Assembly: GCF_000007005.1 (NCBI RefSeq)
Contig: NC_002754.1
Source of the DNA: Saccharolobus solfataricus P2
GTDB lineage: Archaea; Thermoproteota; Thermoprotei_A; Sulfolobales; Sulfolobaceae
Strand: one strand, 5' to 3'
Length of the DNA: 64,000 nt
Below are positions 1-10,770 of the stretch, piece by piece. The notes beneath the pieces were generated by a model. It ran no database searches. It was given only the letters and a program-made list of their open reading frames with translations, and was not told the DNA's origin. Numbering within the stretch: position 1 is the stretch's first letter; each line of letters begins with the position of its first letter. The position numbers and the translations under genes are program-made.

Positions 1-1
1 T

Positions 2-595
2 CATCCGGCAGTTATTAAAAACGCCAAGAGGAGGAATAAAAAGCCGGAAGACACATTACTAGACATTTCCTTACACTATCATGCAATGAAGTATTTAGAA
101 AATAGCCATAAAAGAGGTAGACCGGATATTTTACATCAAGCCTTGCTTGTAATTTTAACAGATCCAGTAATTAAAGGTGATATATTTATACATACAATAC
201 AATCTAAGATAATTAAGGTAAATCCCAATATGAGGCCACCTAAAAATTATTTGAGATTTATAGGTTTAATGGAGCAATTATTGAAATACGGTAAAATACC
301 TATTAATGGAGATGAGACTCTAATGGAGGTTACAAATCTTACATTAGACAACATTGTGAATAGATATGATTTAATACTATTATCAGAAAAGGGAGAGAAA
401 ATTAATCCAGAAGAAATATGTAAATTAGATGAAAAATGGCTATTAGGAATAGGGGCTTTTCCTCATGGAGATTTTTCTGACAAAATTTTGAATTTGGCTA
501 AGAAAATTTATTCTATAAGTGGATTTCCTCTGGAAACACAACAGGTTTTATGTAGAATCTTTTCTGCTTGTAATTCTATTTTAGGTTGGCCTTAG
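2..595 (+). CDS. nep1: 16S rRNA pseudouridine N1-methyltransferase Nep1/Emg1 (5' end outside window)
   Basis: Frame is open from base 2 (HPAVIKNAKRR...LLDISLHYHAM), followed by KRGRPDILH and GAFPHGDF SPOUT motifs. Confidence 0.92.
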   Translation, partial: HPAVIKNAKRRNKKPEDTLLDISLHYHAMKYLENSHKRGRPDILHQALLVILTDPVIKGDIFIHTIQSKIIKVNPNMRPPKNYLRFIGLMEQLLKYGKIPINGDETLMEVTNLTLDNIVNRYDLILLSEKGEKINPEEICKLDEKWLLGIGAFPHGDFSDKILNLAKKIYSISGFPLETQQVLCRIFSACNSILGWP

Positions 596-1151
596 CCTTG
601 ATAGTAACTATTCCACCTGGTACCACATCCACATCTTGTATCGATAAATCGTACGCCTCTGCGATTTTTGAGAAAATTTTTCCAGCACATAAGGTAGAGA
701 TTAAACTAAATCCAGTTCCAGTTATTCTAAATTCTATCATATCTCCAGTATTTTTAATCGAGACATTTCTAATAGGTAGTGCAATCTTTATTGCATTATA
801 AAAATCAAATAGCTCATCTAACGTTGAGGCTTTTGATCTCAAGAACGATCCTATTTGTTCTCCTACTTCTTCACACATATTTTCATATTGCTTATTGTCT
901 TTTTCATAAGCCAATTTAGTTAAGTTCTCAAGAAACCAACTAGTTACCGGAACTATATCTAAGGCCTTTGATATTGTATAATAATCTACCAAACTTTCTA
1001 GCGTATTTGCATCCTCACCCTCCTTGAGTAGTTTCAACAAGGCTTTAAGGGCAGCGTTAGTTAAAGAATAGATAGTATAACCTCTCTTTTTCGCCTCATT
1101 TTCTAATTGCTCTATTAGGTCAGCTTCAGCTGCTATATTAACTCTTGGCAT
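576..1151 (-). CDS. Ribbon-helix-helix regulator with C-terminal V4R-like domain
   Basis: N-terminal MPRVNIAAEADLIEQLENEAKKRG...SLTNAAL fits an RHH pattern; the C-terminal alpha/beta domain assignment is inferred. Confidence 0.55.
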   Translation of the reverse strand: MPRVNIAAEADLIEQLENEAKKRGYTIYSLTNAALKALLKLLKEGEDANTLESLVDYYTISKALDIVPVTSWFLENLTKLAYEKDNKQYENMCEEVGEQIGSFLRSKASTLDELFDFYNAIKIALPIRNVSIKNTGDMIEFRITGTGFSLISTLCAGKIFSKIAEAYDLSIQDVDVVPGGIVTIKAKANLK

Positions 1152-1226
1152 ATCTGTCTATAGAGAGTTTGTAAAAAAGGCTATTTATATTTAGTCATGC
1201 TACCGCTTAAAGTTATTTTAAAAGGG

Positions 1227-1373
1227 TTATGAATGAGGTATGAAAGCAATTAAATCGAAAATTATGAACAGTATTAATAATACTATGAAGCCCCCTAAAT
1301 ACCAATTGTCATTAACAAATAATGCTCTAATTAAATCAGTCCAACTCCTTATCTCATTCTTCTTTTGACTCAA
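1227..1373 (-). CDS. Candidate 48-aa single-pass membrane protein (below ORF-track cutoff)
   Basis: TTG-SQKKNEIRSWTDLIRALFVNDNWYLGGFIVLLILFIIFDLIAFIPHS-TAA, with one strongly hydrophobic helix; TTATAA box upstream near 1409-1414. Confidence 0.4.
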   Translation of the reverse strand: MSQKKNEIRSWTDLIRALFVNDNWYLGGFIVLLILFIIFDLIAFIPHS

Positions 1374-1755
1374 GTAAGTCCACCATATTTATATTTAGGT
1401 TTTCCCATTTATAACTTTTGCTATAATTTATATGCGAAAGTTTATTTATAAAATAAACCATATTTACTAGGGAATAAGATATAAATCCACTAATTTTATA
1501 GCAAGTCTCAGTCTACATATGTAGGCTGACAATTAACGCACTTTCATGAAGATTCAACTGAAACCCAAATCCCCTTAAATATTTACAAAATGTAATTCCG
1601 AAAAGATAAGATAATCTTTGAAGGGAAAATTTAACTAGACATGTAGCTAATTGAAGCAAATTGTTTAGCCCGATAAACTATAAATACCTACATTATCTAA
1701 TAAATACTGTATAGGCTACTCTGTTCTCCTATAAGTTATGGTGTGGTGATGAGAG

Positions 1756-2640
1756 TTGATTTCAGGTAAAGTCCTAAGGAGAGTATCAATAATTTTTCTT
1801 TTCAGTAGTATTTCTTTAATTCCAATATTTCTGTCAGAATTAATTGCTGGAATACTATTTAAATCATATGTGTTAATGGCAGATTCTTATCATACATTAA
1901 TAGACTTTTTAATGTCATTTATTTTTTATTTCACATTAATAAAGATAAATACTAGATCTAAAAGATTTCCTTGGGGACTCTATAATCTTGAAAGTCTTGT
2001 AGTCTTGACCGCGTCCATATTTATCGTATATTTATCAACAAATCTAATACTCAGTATGTTTGACAATGCTATAACTTTATCTATTTCCCCTTGGTATTCA
2101 ATTATATTATTCGTAAGCAGTATTTATTCGCTAACGCTATTCTTAATAGAGAGGAGATACGTAGAGATTCAGATAGTAAAAAACGATATGATTCACTCCT
2201 TATTGGATGGTGTAACTGAAGTAGTCTCAGGTGTAACTTTAATCTTACAAAATACAGTTTTAATGGACACAGTAACACTACTAATACTTGCATTTACCTT
2301 AAGCGACGTAGTTAGGGAAATTAAGGATTCAATTGTCTCGATACTAGGTGCCTCAATTGACTCTCCGATGAAGTTTCAATTAATTAATGAACTTAGGTCA
2401 AAGAATATACCTATAATTAACCTTTATTTAAAAAAATGTGGATCTTTCTACGCAGTATATACTTATATAGGTCTACCTAAAGATATAAGTTTAGAAAAAG
2501 CGTACAAGATTAAGAGAAAAACGAAAAGGATAATTAAGAAATATGATAATATAGCTTACGTTGACGTAATACTCGTACCTCTAACTGAGATTAAGAAAAA
2601 GAAAATATTAGAGCAAGTCAATGTTCTTTACTCTAGGTAA
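1756..2640 (+). CDS. Cation diffusion facilitator (FieF-like) transporter
   Basis: MADSYHTLID and RFPWGLYNLESL motifs, TM helices, C-terminal cytosolic domain. Confidence 0.85.
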   Translation: MISGKVLRRVSIIFLFSSISLIPIFLSELIAGILFKSYVLMADSYHTLIDFLMSFIFYFTLIKINTRSKRFPWGLYNLESLVVLTASIFIVYLSTNLILSMFDNAITLSISPWYSIILFVSSIYSLTLFLIERRYVEIQIVKNDMIHSLLDGVTEVVSGVTLILQNTVLMDTVTLLILAFTLSDVVREIKDSIVSILGASIDSPMKFQLINELRSKNIPIINLYLKKCGSFYAVYTYIGLPKDISLEKAYKIKRKTKRIIKKYDNIAYVDVILVPLTEIKKKKILEQVNVLYSR

Positions 2641-3474
2641 TATTCCTTTTTCCTCAGTTATCTTAAAGAAGAACTCTAGTCCTCTCCTTATCTCATCTAC
2701 TGGAACATTGTACTCTTGTATATCAGCCCAGATCGTCTTTCTTACTATCTCTTCATCAAGGTCCGCCTTTTGTGCCTCTCTCATTATTTGTACATCCTTT
2801 GGTATTATTTCATCTAAATGTTTTTCCGCGTACTTTTTACTTTTCTCATAAGTCTCTTTAAATCTGAGTGCCAGGTCTTTTCCAACTTCTTTAGAAATTA
2901 CTACCATACCCATGGGCATTGGCGTATTGTTGGAAATAGTTTTCCACATATCCCACATACTGCCTATTCTAACTACAGAAATTCCCATTTTCCTTAAAGC
3001 ATACATCATTTTTATCTCATGAACTGCCACTAGCACATCTCCCTCTTTTCCTAAGGCTTTAATTTCATCCAATACTCTTCTAACTATAATTAGTCTTCCG
3101 TATTTTCCAATAAGTAGCCTATATAATGTAAACGCAGTAGTGTTCGGTCCGTGAACAATTAACCTACTTCTCTTTATCTCGTCTTCACTCATTTCCTTTA
3201 TCGCCAAAATTGGCATACCGGTTATACCATCTACTGCAGTCGCTACAGCATTACTTAGAATGTAATAGTCATCTTGTATATATGGGTACATTGCGACAGA
3301 TGGAACTGAAACATCTACTTCTTTTTTCAATACTGCTTCATTAATGTCTTGAACAGTAGGTATTACTTCAAATTCTAGGTTAAACCCTTCTGGCTTAACT
3401 TTTCCCTCCATTAATGGTATAAAAGGATAGAGATCTCCAGAATCCGCTAGTGCACCGACTCTTATTGTTACCAT
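2608..3474 (-). CDS. MqnD/MqnA-fold protein (menaquinone-biosynthesis-like family)
   Basis: GPNTTAFTLYRLL, VAVHE and W...TPMPMG motifs resemble MqnD. Confidence 0.65.
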   Translation of the reverse strand: MVTIRVGALADSGDLYPFIPLMEGKVKPEGFNLEFEVIPTVQDINEAVLKKEVDVSVPSVAMYPYIQDDYYILSNAVATAVDGITGMPILAIKEMSEDEIKRSRLIVHGPNTTAFTLYRLLIGKYGRLIIVRRVLDEIKALGKEGDVLVAVHEIKMMYALRKMGISVVRIGSMWDMWKTISNNTPMPMGMVVISKEVGKDLALRFKETYEKSKKYAEKHLDEIIPKDVQIMREAQKADLDEEIVRKTIWADIQEYNVPVDEIRRGLEFFFKITEEKGILPRVKNIDLL

Positions 3475-3578
3475 AGACTATATTTTAACATAACGATATA
3501 TAAGTGTAATTTAACATACGTCCATAATGCTTTCCATTAATAACTTATTAAAATGCTTGCAAATATTAACTTTACGAA

Positions 3579-4109
3579 ATGGTAACCATTGCCTTAGGTA
3601 GTAAAAACCCTGTAAAAATCAGTGCTACTAAGGAGGCATTGGAGATTTTAAGGTTGAATTGGGACTTAATAGCAACTGATATCGATAGTGGGGTAGATAA
3701 ACAACCTTTTTGTGATCAAACGTATGTTGGTGCTAGAAATAGGGCATTGAACGCGATAAAGGCTACCAATGCAGATATAGGATTAGGGATAGAGGGAGGG
3801 GTTTGCAACGTCTACGGTAAGTTTATAGCAAATGCTGTTGTATATGTTATCACTAAAGAAGGTGTAGAGAACTTTGCAATTTCATCATCTTTTACCTTAC
3901 CTAGTTCTATTGTTTCTTTAATACTTCAAGGAAAGGAATTGGGCGAAGCGTCAGATATTATTTTTAAAACTATTAATAGTAAGACTAAGGAAGGAGCTGT
4001 GGGACTATTAACTAATAATATAATTGATAGAAAAACACTTTATGTCCAACCTATTATTCTCGCATTATATCCAATTTATAATACAATTATCAATAATACT
4101 CTTTTTTAA
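3579..4109 (+). CDS. yjjX: Inosine/xanthosine triphosphatase (YjjX family)
   Basis: [22 protein letters not shown] and GAVGLLT motifs. Confidence 0.9.
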   Translation: MVTIALGSKNPVKISATKEALEILRLNWDLIATDIDSGVDKQPFCDQTYVGARNRALNAIKATNADIGLGIEGGVCNVYGKFIANAVVYVITKEGVENFAISSSFTLPSSIVSLILQGKELGEASDIIFKTINSKTKEGAVGLLTNNIIDRKTLYVQPIILALYPIYNTIINNTLF

Positions 4110-4752
4110 CTAGTTTTATAAACAATTCACCTATCTCATGCAGTTTTACGGTCTCATGTTCTGAAGGTCTTGGAATTGTTGCTAGAAATACTCCATAATC
4201 CTCGTGGTTTCCATCTTCATTATCACTCTTTGGTTCGCCATATATAGAAAATATTATAAAATCATCAACATTATTTAAAATTTTTCGTACTGCTGCATCT
4301 ACTAATGAATAGATTTTACACTTTTCTGTAGCATCTTTGTGCAGAAGTCTATCTATAGCAGTTATAGAGGCCACAACTGGAGTTTCTTTCACTGACTCCA
4401 AAACTATTTGTGTTACTTTATTAATTTCCTCTTCTGCATTCACTGAAGTGTCGTATGGAAGACTAAGTTTACCATAAGTCGGATTAGTTATAGGCAAATT
4501 TATAGCTACTGCATTAGTTTCTCTAAGTAGTCTAGGTACTTCGCTATTCAAATTAACTTGTGACAGATCTTTTATATCCTTAAGCTCTAATACTGACATC
4601 CATGAAGTTTGTGGAAATTGTGGTTTTTTATTTAAAACCACTCCCCTATAAGTACTACTAAATAGTGTAAATAATGTCCTCGGGTTACATTTCATGAAAC
4701 TAGTATAGCTTAACCCATCTATTCCTAGTAACAAAGGATTCATTTCTCTCAC
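4090..4752 (-). CDS. Alkaline-phosphatase-superfamily-like protein
   Basis: [10 protein letters not shown] start and late GNHEDYGVF segment. Confidence 0.55.
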   Translation of the reverse strand: MREMNPLLLGIDGLSYTSFMKCNPRTLFTLFSSTYRGVVLNKKPQFPQTSWMSVLELKDIKDLSQVNLNSEVPRLLRETNAVAINLPITNPTYGKLSLPYDTSVNAEEEINKVTQIVLESVKETPVVASITAIDRLLHKDATEKCKIYSLVDAAVRKILNNVDDFIIFSIYGEPKSDNEDGNHEDYGVFLATIPRPSEHETVKLHEIGELFIKLVKKEYY

Positions 4753-4755
4753 TTG

Positions 4756-5163
4756 TTACTCTAATAGGGACTTTAGTCTTACCTCTATTTCTTCTCTAGG
4801 TACTGCTCCTAATATTTGGTCTACAAGCTCTCCATTTTTAAAGAACATAATTGTCGGAAGACTCATTATTCCATATCTCATCGCAATATCTTGGCTCTCT
4901 TCAGTGTTTAATTTTCCAAATGCTACTTGAGGGTAGTCATTTGCAAGTTCTTCTATTACCGGAGCCAGTATTAAGCATGGCGCACACCATTCTGCCCAAA
5001 AGTCGACAACCACTATTTTGTTTTTAGTTATGAATTCATCAAAGTTTTTTGAATTGAGATGTTTTACTGGCTCTTTAACTTTCTCTTTTAAATTATTGAG
5101 TATTTGAGTTGTTTTTTTAGAGAGGATTTTTTGTAATTCTGGGTCATTTAGTTCGTCATTCAT
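4756..5163 (-). CDS. trxA: Thioredoxin
   Basis: DFWAEWCAPC active site and SLPT cis-Pro motif. Confidence 0.95.
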   Translation of the reverse strand: MNDELNDPELQKILSKKTTQILNNLKEKVKEPVKHLNSKNFDEFITKNKIVVVDFWAEWCAPCLILAPVIEELANDYPQVAFGKLNTEESQDIAMRYGIMSLPTIMFFKNGELVDQILGAVPREEIEVRLKSLLE

Positions 5164-5219
5164 AAGAGATTATATATAGTATTCATTTAAAAAGTTTTTA
5201 TCATATAAAGAGATTAGAC

Positions 5220-6134
5220 ATGACAAAACTTGTAATTGTAGGCAGTGGAATAACAGGTTTAATTACTGCATTGAAATATGGTGGAGATGTGATAATTTTA
5301 GAGAAGAACAAAATTGTTGCACATAATTCAAAAGCCAGTTTATGGTCAATTATTCCACCATTATGCGGTAACCACAGAGAAGATTGTGAAAAAGGTATAA
5401 GATTTTATGAAGAGATTTGCGAAAAATACGGTATCTATTGTAAAAAGACCCACGTTATTAGGGTCTCCAGTAAAAAGCTAGGTGGTAAGATAATAGACAG
5501 AAAGGAAATAAGAAGTATAGAACCTCAATTGGATATAGAGGAAGCAGAACTTTTTGATGCTGGTCTCTTTGTGGAGGGGGATGAGCTATTTAATACACTT
5601 GGAACTGAATTTAACGTAGAGTCGAATTCCGAGGTTACGGATATAATAGTTAGAGATAATGAAATTAAATCTCTTATAACATCTAAGGGTGAGATAAAAG
5701 GAGAGTTTTATATTTTTGCTACCGGTTACCTAACTCCTAAATTATTCTCCAAATTAGGAATAGAGGTAAATCTATTTAAAGGACATTTAGTAATTACCAA
5801 AAAAACAAGTTTAAATGGAATATTGATCGTAAATGATAGAATTGCAGTTGAGGGCAAGAACTTATACTTAAATGGCGACTCTAAGCCAAATTCCTCTTCA
5901 GCAGTAGATTATGATGAAATTTCTAAGACTATTAATGAAATCGCCAATGTACTAAAGATAGATACAAACAATCTAGAGATTAGGGTAGGATTCAGAAGTG
6001 TAAGTAAAGATGGGGAACCAATTGTAAAGAAGATTTATTCAAATGGCATATTAATTACAGGTCATAGGTTTGGTTTTGCGTTAGCTCCAATTCTTGCTGA
6101 GAAAGCTATACAGATGATCAAATATGGACATTAA
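5220..6134 (+). CDS. FAD-dependent oxidoreductase (D-amino-acid oxidase family)
   Basis: VIVGSGITG Rossmann motif; GFRS and GHRFGFALAP C-terminal motifs. Confidence 0.85.
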   Translation: MTKLVIVGSGITGLITALKYGGDVIILEKNKIVAHNSKASLWSIIPPLCGNHREDCEKGIRFYEEICEKYGIYCKKTHVIRVSSKKLGGKIIDRKEIRSIEPQLDIEEAELFDAGLFVEGDELFNTLGTEFNVESNSEVTDIIVRDNEIKSLITSKGEIKGEFYIFATGYLTPKLFSKLGIEVNLFKGHLVITKKTSLNGILIVNDRIAVEGKNLYLNGDSKPNSSSAVDYDEISKTINEIANVLKIDTNNLEIRVGFRSVSKDGEPIVKKIYSNGILITGHRFGFALAPILAEKAIQMIKYGH

Positions 6135-6840
6135 GCTAGTTTATTCTACTTTGGATCCCGTAGGTGTGACGATAAAGAAATTGGGATATCGATTCGAGGA
6201 AATAAATGAGGATGTAACTGATTTTCACTATGAGAATGGAGAAGCCATAGTAATCTTTTCCAGACATGAAAGTAAAGCAGGTATTCCCTCACTTACCGTA
6301 CATTATCCCGGAAATCCATCTGAAGAAATTATGGGTGGAGAACCTAAAAAGCTTGGAATAGCGTATCCTAGGCTACTTACCTCAATTTTAAGGGAAATTA
6401 AAAAGATCGATCTGAATATAGAGAAAACCATGGAAGCTACTCATCATGGCCCCACCTATCAAAATGTTCCAGTTATATTTGTGGAAGTAGGAAGTAATGA
6501 GACGTATTGGACTAACGACACAATAGTTAAAGCGCTAGTTGATTCAACTATAAGAAGTATTGATAAGGTAGATGAGATAGATTGTGAATATTATATTTCA
6601 GGTTTTGGTGGACCTCACTATTCTAGGCTTTTTACTAAGCTAGCTGACGAGAGTTGCATAGGCCATGTGATTTCTAAGCACTATATTGATAAGTTAGATG
6701 ATAAAGTTATAATTCAAACTATAACCAACTCAGTGAATACCATTAATAAAGTCGTAATCGATAGCTTAAACTCTAAGCAGAAAGAACGAATTATAGCTTC
6801 ACTAAAAAAATTAAATAATATTAATATCGAGTTTCGATAG
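6124..6840 (+). CDS. dtdA: D-aminoacyl-tRNA deacylase (archaeal DTD2)
   Basis: [25 protein letters not shown] and GFGGPHY motifs. Confidence 0.93.
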   Translation: MDIKLVYSTLDPVGVTIKKLGYRFEEINEDVTDFHYENGEAIVIFSRHESKAGIPSLTVHYPGNPSEEIMGGEPKKLGIAYPRLLTSILREIKKIDLNIEKTMEATHHGPTYQNVPVIFVEVGSNETYWTNDTIVKALVDSTIRSIDKVDEIDCEYYISGFGGPHYSRLFTKLADESCIGHVISKHYIDKLDDKVIIQTITNSVNTINKVVIDSLNSKQKERIIASLKKLNNINIEFR

Positions 6841-7461
6841 TATTTGTTGAGTTAATAATGGTGAACCTATACTAATGATTCTACAACTATCAATGTTATT
6901 ATCACATCTTAAAATAGTAAAACTAGCATTTGGTATTCTAATTCCCCATCCACTGATATCATCCATGTCCAATAGGTATGTTATTATCGCTCTTATAGGA
7001 TCAGAATGCGATACAGCAGTTATTATTCTGTTATCTTTGTTTATAACTGATTCGAGGAAACTTTTCATTCTCTTGGTAATATCTTCCCAACTTTCTATTC
7101 CTTTAATCTCTATTTGTTTTTTGAAAACCTTTAGCTTCCAGTGGTCGTTTGGATCGAAAGAGGTATTGTTCAGTTCCCCTAGAAACCTTTCTCTTAATCT
7201 TTGATCCACTATTGGTAAAGTTCCTAAGACTTCACCTATAATTAGTGCAGTCTGATATGCTCTCAGAACTGGACTTGTGTAGATTTTTTCAACTTTCAAT
7301 TTAGTGAGCTCTTTTCCAGCTTCTTTTGCCTGGTTTATACCCTCTTCTGTGAGAGGATAAGTGTTAGTATCATGACTAAGTATTTTACTAACGTTAGAGG
7401 TGCTTTGTCCGTGTCTAATGAAAATTATTATAGTCATCACATAGTTGTTATATTTCTCCAC
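6811..7461 (-). CDS. Histidine phosphatase / cofactor-dependent phosphoglycerate mutase family
   Basis: [24 protein letters not shown] and VSHSD motifs. Confidence 0.9.
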   Translation of the reverse strand: MEKYNNYVMTIIIFIRHGQSTSNVSKILSHDTNTYPLTEEGINQAKEAGKELTKLKVEKIYTSPVLRAYQTALIIGEVLGTLPIVDQRLRERFLGELNNTSFDPNDHWKLKVFKKQIEIKGIESWEDITKRMKSFLESVINKDNRIITAVSHSDPIRAIITYLLDMDDISGWGIRIPNASFTILRCDNNIDSCRIISIGSPLLTQQILSKLDINII

Positions 7462-7504
7462 TTATTAGTTTAAACTTAAATATCATCATGAGAATAGGAG
7501 TAAT

Positions 7505-8482
7505 GTGGTTTCATTATTCAAAAGGAACAAACATTCACTAAATTCCAGTACAAATTTAAGACTACTCTTTACCTCAGATCTTCATGCATCTTATACAGTC
7601 TTCAAAAAGTTCATAAATGCTGGAAAAATCTACAAGGTCAATGCTTTGATAATAGGGGGAGATATAGCTGGTAAGGTACTATTGCCTATTATTGATCTTG
7701 GAAATAATAGTTATAATGTTCAAGAAAAGATTGTAACATCAAGCGAATTAAATAGTCTAATAGAAAGGTTTAAAAGCGAAGGGACTTATTATGCCATATT
7801 AAGCAAAGGTGAATATGAGGAGGCCTCTCAAAATAAAAAAGCTCAAGACGAATTATTTAAGAAGGCAATTATAGAGACTCTTCATGAATGGATTAAAATT
7901 GCAGAGGAGAGATTGAAGGATTATAAAATACCCATTTTTATAAACCTTGGGAACGATGATCCAGAATATCTCTTTGATGTATTAAAGGAAAGCGAGATAT
8001 TTAAAGTTGGAGAAGGTGAGGTTTTTGATCTTAATGGTTACGAAATTGTATCGTACGGTTACGTTAATCCAACACCTTGGAATACGTTTAGGGAGAAGAA
8101 GGAAGAGGATATTTATAGTGACTTAAGTAAGATAGTGTCAAAAATAAATAATTACTCAAAAGCTATTTATAACTTTCATGCTCCTCCTTACAATACTAAT
8201 TTGGATAATGCTCCGCTTTTAGATGAGAACCTAAAGCCCATAATCAGAGGAGGTGAGATCGTATACACACATGTCGGTTCTAAATCAATAAGGAAAATCA
8301 TTGAGGAAACTAAGCCATTATTAGGATTACACGGACATATTCATGAATCGAGAGGTTTTGATAAAATTAACAATACGATAGTTATTAATCCAGGTAGTGA
8401 GTATAGTAGTGGTCTTCTTCATGCTGCTCTAGTAGTATTAGAAGGAGAATTTATTAAGGCTCATCAATTTATCTTAGGTTAG
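7505..8482 (+). CDS. Calcineurin-like metallophosphoesterase
   Basis: SDLH, GGD, GNDD, HAPP and LHGHIHE motifs. Confidence 0.88.
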   Translation: MVSLFKRNKHSLNSSTNLRLLFTSDLHASYTVFKKFINAGKIYKVNALIIGGDIAGKVLLPIIDLGNNSYNVQEKIVTSSELNSLIERFKSEGTYYAILSKGEYEEASQNKKAQDELFKKAIIETLHEWIKIAEERLKDYKIPIFINLGNDDPEYLFDVLKESEIFKVGEGEVFDLNGYEIVSYGYVNPTPWNTFREKKEEDIYSDLSKIVSKINNYSKAIYNFHAPPYNTNLDNAPLLDENLKPIIRGGEIVYTHVGSKSIRKIIEETKPLLGLHGHIHESRGFDKINNTIVINPGSEYSSGLLHAALVVLEGEFIKAHQFILG

Positions 8483-8625
8483 TTCATGTAGGGGCTACTT
8501 AGTCTCTTTAATGCCTTTTCAAATTCTAACTCCATGGGTAGCCTTTATGAATTAGGAAAAGTTAGGCAATTTCGGGTCTAAGTGATGACCAATACTTTTT
8601 TTAAGGTTCGCACTTTCTTCTATTT

Positions 8626-8952
8626 ATGATTATATTTTATGCAATTGGTGAAAGGGAAAGAGCAAAAGAATTGGTTAGAATAATAACAAAAACTAGGTGG
8701 AAGACAATATCAAAGCACGCAATAAAGATAGCTAGTTCCTCAATTGGTCCTTCTGTAGTCATATTTAAGCCAACTATGGCAGGTTTGGCTGTAGCACTAT
8801 GGTTAAAACAAAGAGCGGAAGAATTGGGCATGACTTCCGCAGTTGGATGGTTCCAGCCTATAAATCAGATACCTCCACAAGTTGAAGATGCTATAAGAAC
8901 AGATTTAAACAAGATACTTATGAAAAAACTGGAAATTCCATGGTCCCCATAA
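8626..8952 (+). CDS. Conserved hypothetical protein, convergent on the SMC-like gene
   Basis: 108-aa ORF with a T-rich/TTAA promoter-like element just upstream; no motif recognised. Confidence 0.75.
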   Translation: MIIFYAIGERERAKELVRIITKTRWKTISKHAIKIASSSIGPSVVIFKPTMAGLAVALWLKQRAEELGMTSAVGWFQPINQIPPQVEDAIRTDLNKILMKKLEIPWSP

Positions 8953-8953
8953 T

Positions 8954-10717
8954 TTAGCTAGAGAGTTCTATTTGCTTGGGTGGCAATGTCTTTATCTCAG
9001 TGTTCTCACTGCTTCTAGTCACAATTACGTAGTCCGCAATTTCGGTTAGATATTCTAGTAGCCTGTTAAATCTTTTCTGGTCAAATGTCATTGCAGACTC
9101 GTCAATTATGAAGTATGGAGTCTTGAAATATGCTCTTAATGCGCTTAACACCAATATTAAAGCTAATGTAGTTCTCTCTGATGATGACAACTTCTTTATA
9201 TCAATTATGGCTCCTTTCCTTTTTACAATTAATCTGTAATTACCGTCAATTTCAGCATCCATATCAAATTCGAATCTCTTTAGTAATTGATTAGCTATTC
9301 TGTTAAATTCTTCTCTGGCCTTTGTTAGCCTCCTTATGTATTCTACTTGTAATTCATCTACTTTCTTCTGTAATTGTTCTATATGCTCCTCTTTTTCTTT
9401 CAACTCCTCTAGGATAGAGGATGGTATTCCCAATAGTTGAAGTTCGTATTCGTACTCTTCTCTTTTCTTTCTTAGCTCCTCTATTCTCTTTAAAATACTT
9501 GCACTATCATCATTAGTGGCTATTGCACCTGACAAGGATTCAGATTTACTAAACCTCTCTTCAGTTTCTCTTCTCTGTCTCTCTAAATCGTCTATTTGGA
9601 ACTTAACAGAACCTATCCTATTAATTAACTCTTCCTTTTTAGCCTTTAATTTTGCAATTTCATTCTCTAGAGTCTGTAACTCCTTTAATCTAAGGTCGAT
9701 TTCTTCTTTCCTTTTCTGTAATCCTATTATATCATTACGCAAACTGTCCAAGAGCGAGGTTTTATCTCTTAATTCCCTTGATATTATTTCAGCTCTTTCT
9801 TTCCATATACTCGGATCTACTTTGCTTCCACAGACATTGCATGTATCTAAATGATGTCTATCACTTTCGTTTACTTCTTCTAATACACGTTCAAGTACTT
9901 TGAGTTCTATTTCTAATTCAGATCTATCATTAGTTTTCAGTTTAAGCTTCTCATTTATTTCTTCCATCTCTTTTTCGAGTTGAGTCTTTATGTCGGGAGA
10001 TACTTTACTCTCCTTATTTTGTATCTCTTCCTCTATTTTCTTTAATGCAAATTCCAAATTCGCTAATTCATCTTTCTTAACTTTTATCTTGTTCAAGATT
10101 TCATTTATTTTATTCTGTCTAGTTAGTGTTATTGTGTATGTAGTTTTAGCTACTATATTACTACTGCTTTCCCTTTCCTTCTCTAGCTTGTCTATCTCTT
10201 CGTCTATTGCCCTTATTTTAGCTTGTATTTCTCTAATGTTATTATATTTCTTTTGTAACTCATCTCTAGCATTTATCTCAGCTGTTAAGAGTTTCTGTAA
10301 TTCTTCTTTTTTAGCTTTTATTTCATTTATTTTTGATGTTGTAGATATAAACCACTCTACGTTACCATCTCCAGACAATATTTGAGTTACCAATCTATTC
10401 TCTGGAGAGAAATATGTTAGTAGTAAAGCTCTATCGTCATCCATTATTAGATTTTTCTCTTCGCCTAATCCGTTCCTTATCCTTTTTATCCTCCTATAGT
10501 ATAGTTTATTATCTAATTCTGCTTCTACGTAACCACTATCTGCAAATACGTTAAGTAGATCTTCTGCCTTAATACTAGATGTTAATAGAGATATCAAAGA
10601 TCTTACTAGCGATGTCTTACCATATGCGTTTGGTGCTTCGTAAGATGTTACTCCTTTCTCTAGCTCAAGACTATATTCTTGTGTTATACCACCTATATTA
10701 AATACTCTAACCTTCAT
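8954..10717 (-). CDS. clsN: SMC/Rad50-like ATPase with zinc hook, coalescin (ClsN)/BPS2 type
   Basis: Walker A APNAYGKTS, long coiled coils, central CNVC hook, signature LSSSE, Walker B FIIDE, 587 aa. The ClsN assignment is from memory of the family architecture. Confidence 0.72.
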   Translation of the reverse strand: MKVRVFNIGGITQEYSLELEKGVTSYEAPNAYGKTSLVRSLISLLTSSIKAEDLLNVFADSGYVEAELDNKLYYRRIKRIRNGLGEEKNLIMDDDRALLLTYFSPENRLVTQILSGDGNVEWFISTTSKINEIKAKKEELQKLLTAEINARDELQKKYNNIREIQAKIRAIDEEIDKLEKERESSSNIVAKTTYTITLTRQNKINEILNKIKVKKDELANLEFALKKIEEEIQNKESKVSPDIKTQLEKEMEEINEKLKLKTNDRSELEIELKVLERVLEEVNESDRHHLDTCNVCGSKVDPSIWKERAEIISRELRDKTSLLDSLRNDIIGLQKRKEEIDLRLKELQTLENEIAKLKAKKEELINRIGSVKFQIDDLERQRRETEERFSKSESLSGAIATNDDSASILKRIEELRKKREEYEYELQLLGIPSSILEELKEKEEHIEQLQKKVDELQVEYIRRLTKAREEFNRIANQLLKRFEFDMDAEIDGNYRLIVKRKGAIIDIKKLSSSERTTLALILVLSALRAYFKTPYFIIDESAMTFDQKRFNRLLEYLTEIADYVIVTRSSENTEIKTLPPKQIELSS

Positions 10718-10742
10718 CTAGTGGTATTAAAGATAAACTAGT

Positions 10743-10757
10743 ATAAAAATTCTCTCC
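10743..10757 (-). promoter_or_regulatory. BRE-TATA promoter of the SMC-like gene
   Basis: Minus strand reads GAGAGAATTTTTATA about 25 nt upstream of the ATG at 10717. Confidence 0.55.
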
Positions 10758-10770
10758 TACTGTCTAGTTA

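Noticed and set aside
1152-1755. Long AT-rich intergenic region as a replication origin
   Set aside because: No ORB repeats and no adjacent cdc6 or whiP gene.
8480-8536. 18-aa minus-strand ORF ([18 protein letters not shown]) and a loose inverted repeat
   Set aside because: Too short, with no convincing promoter or motif.
8580-8600. GTGATGA box C-like motif
   Set aside because: No D' or D boxes at the proper spacing.
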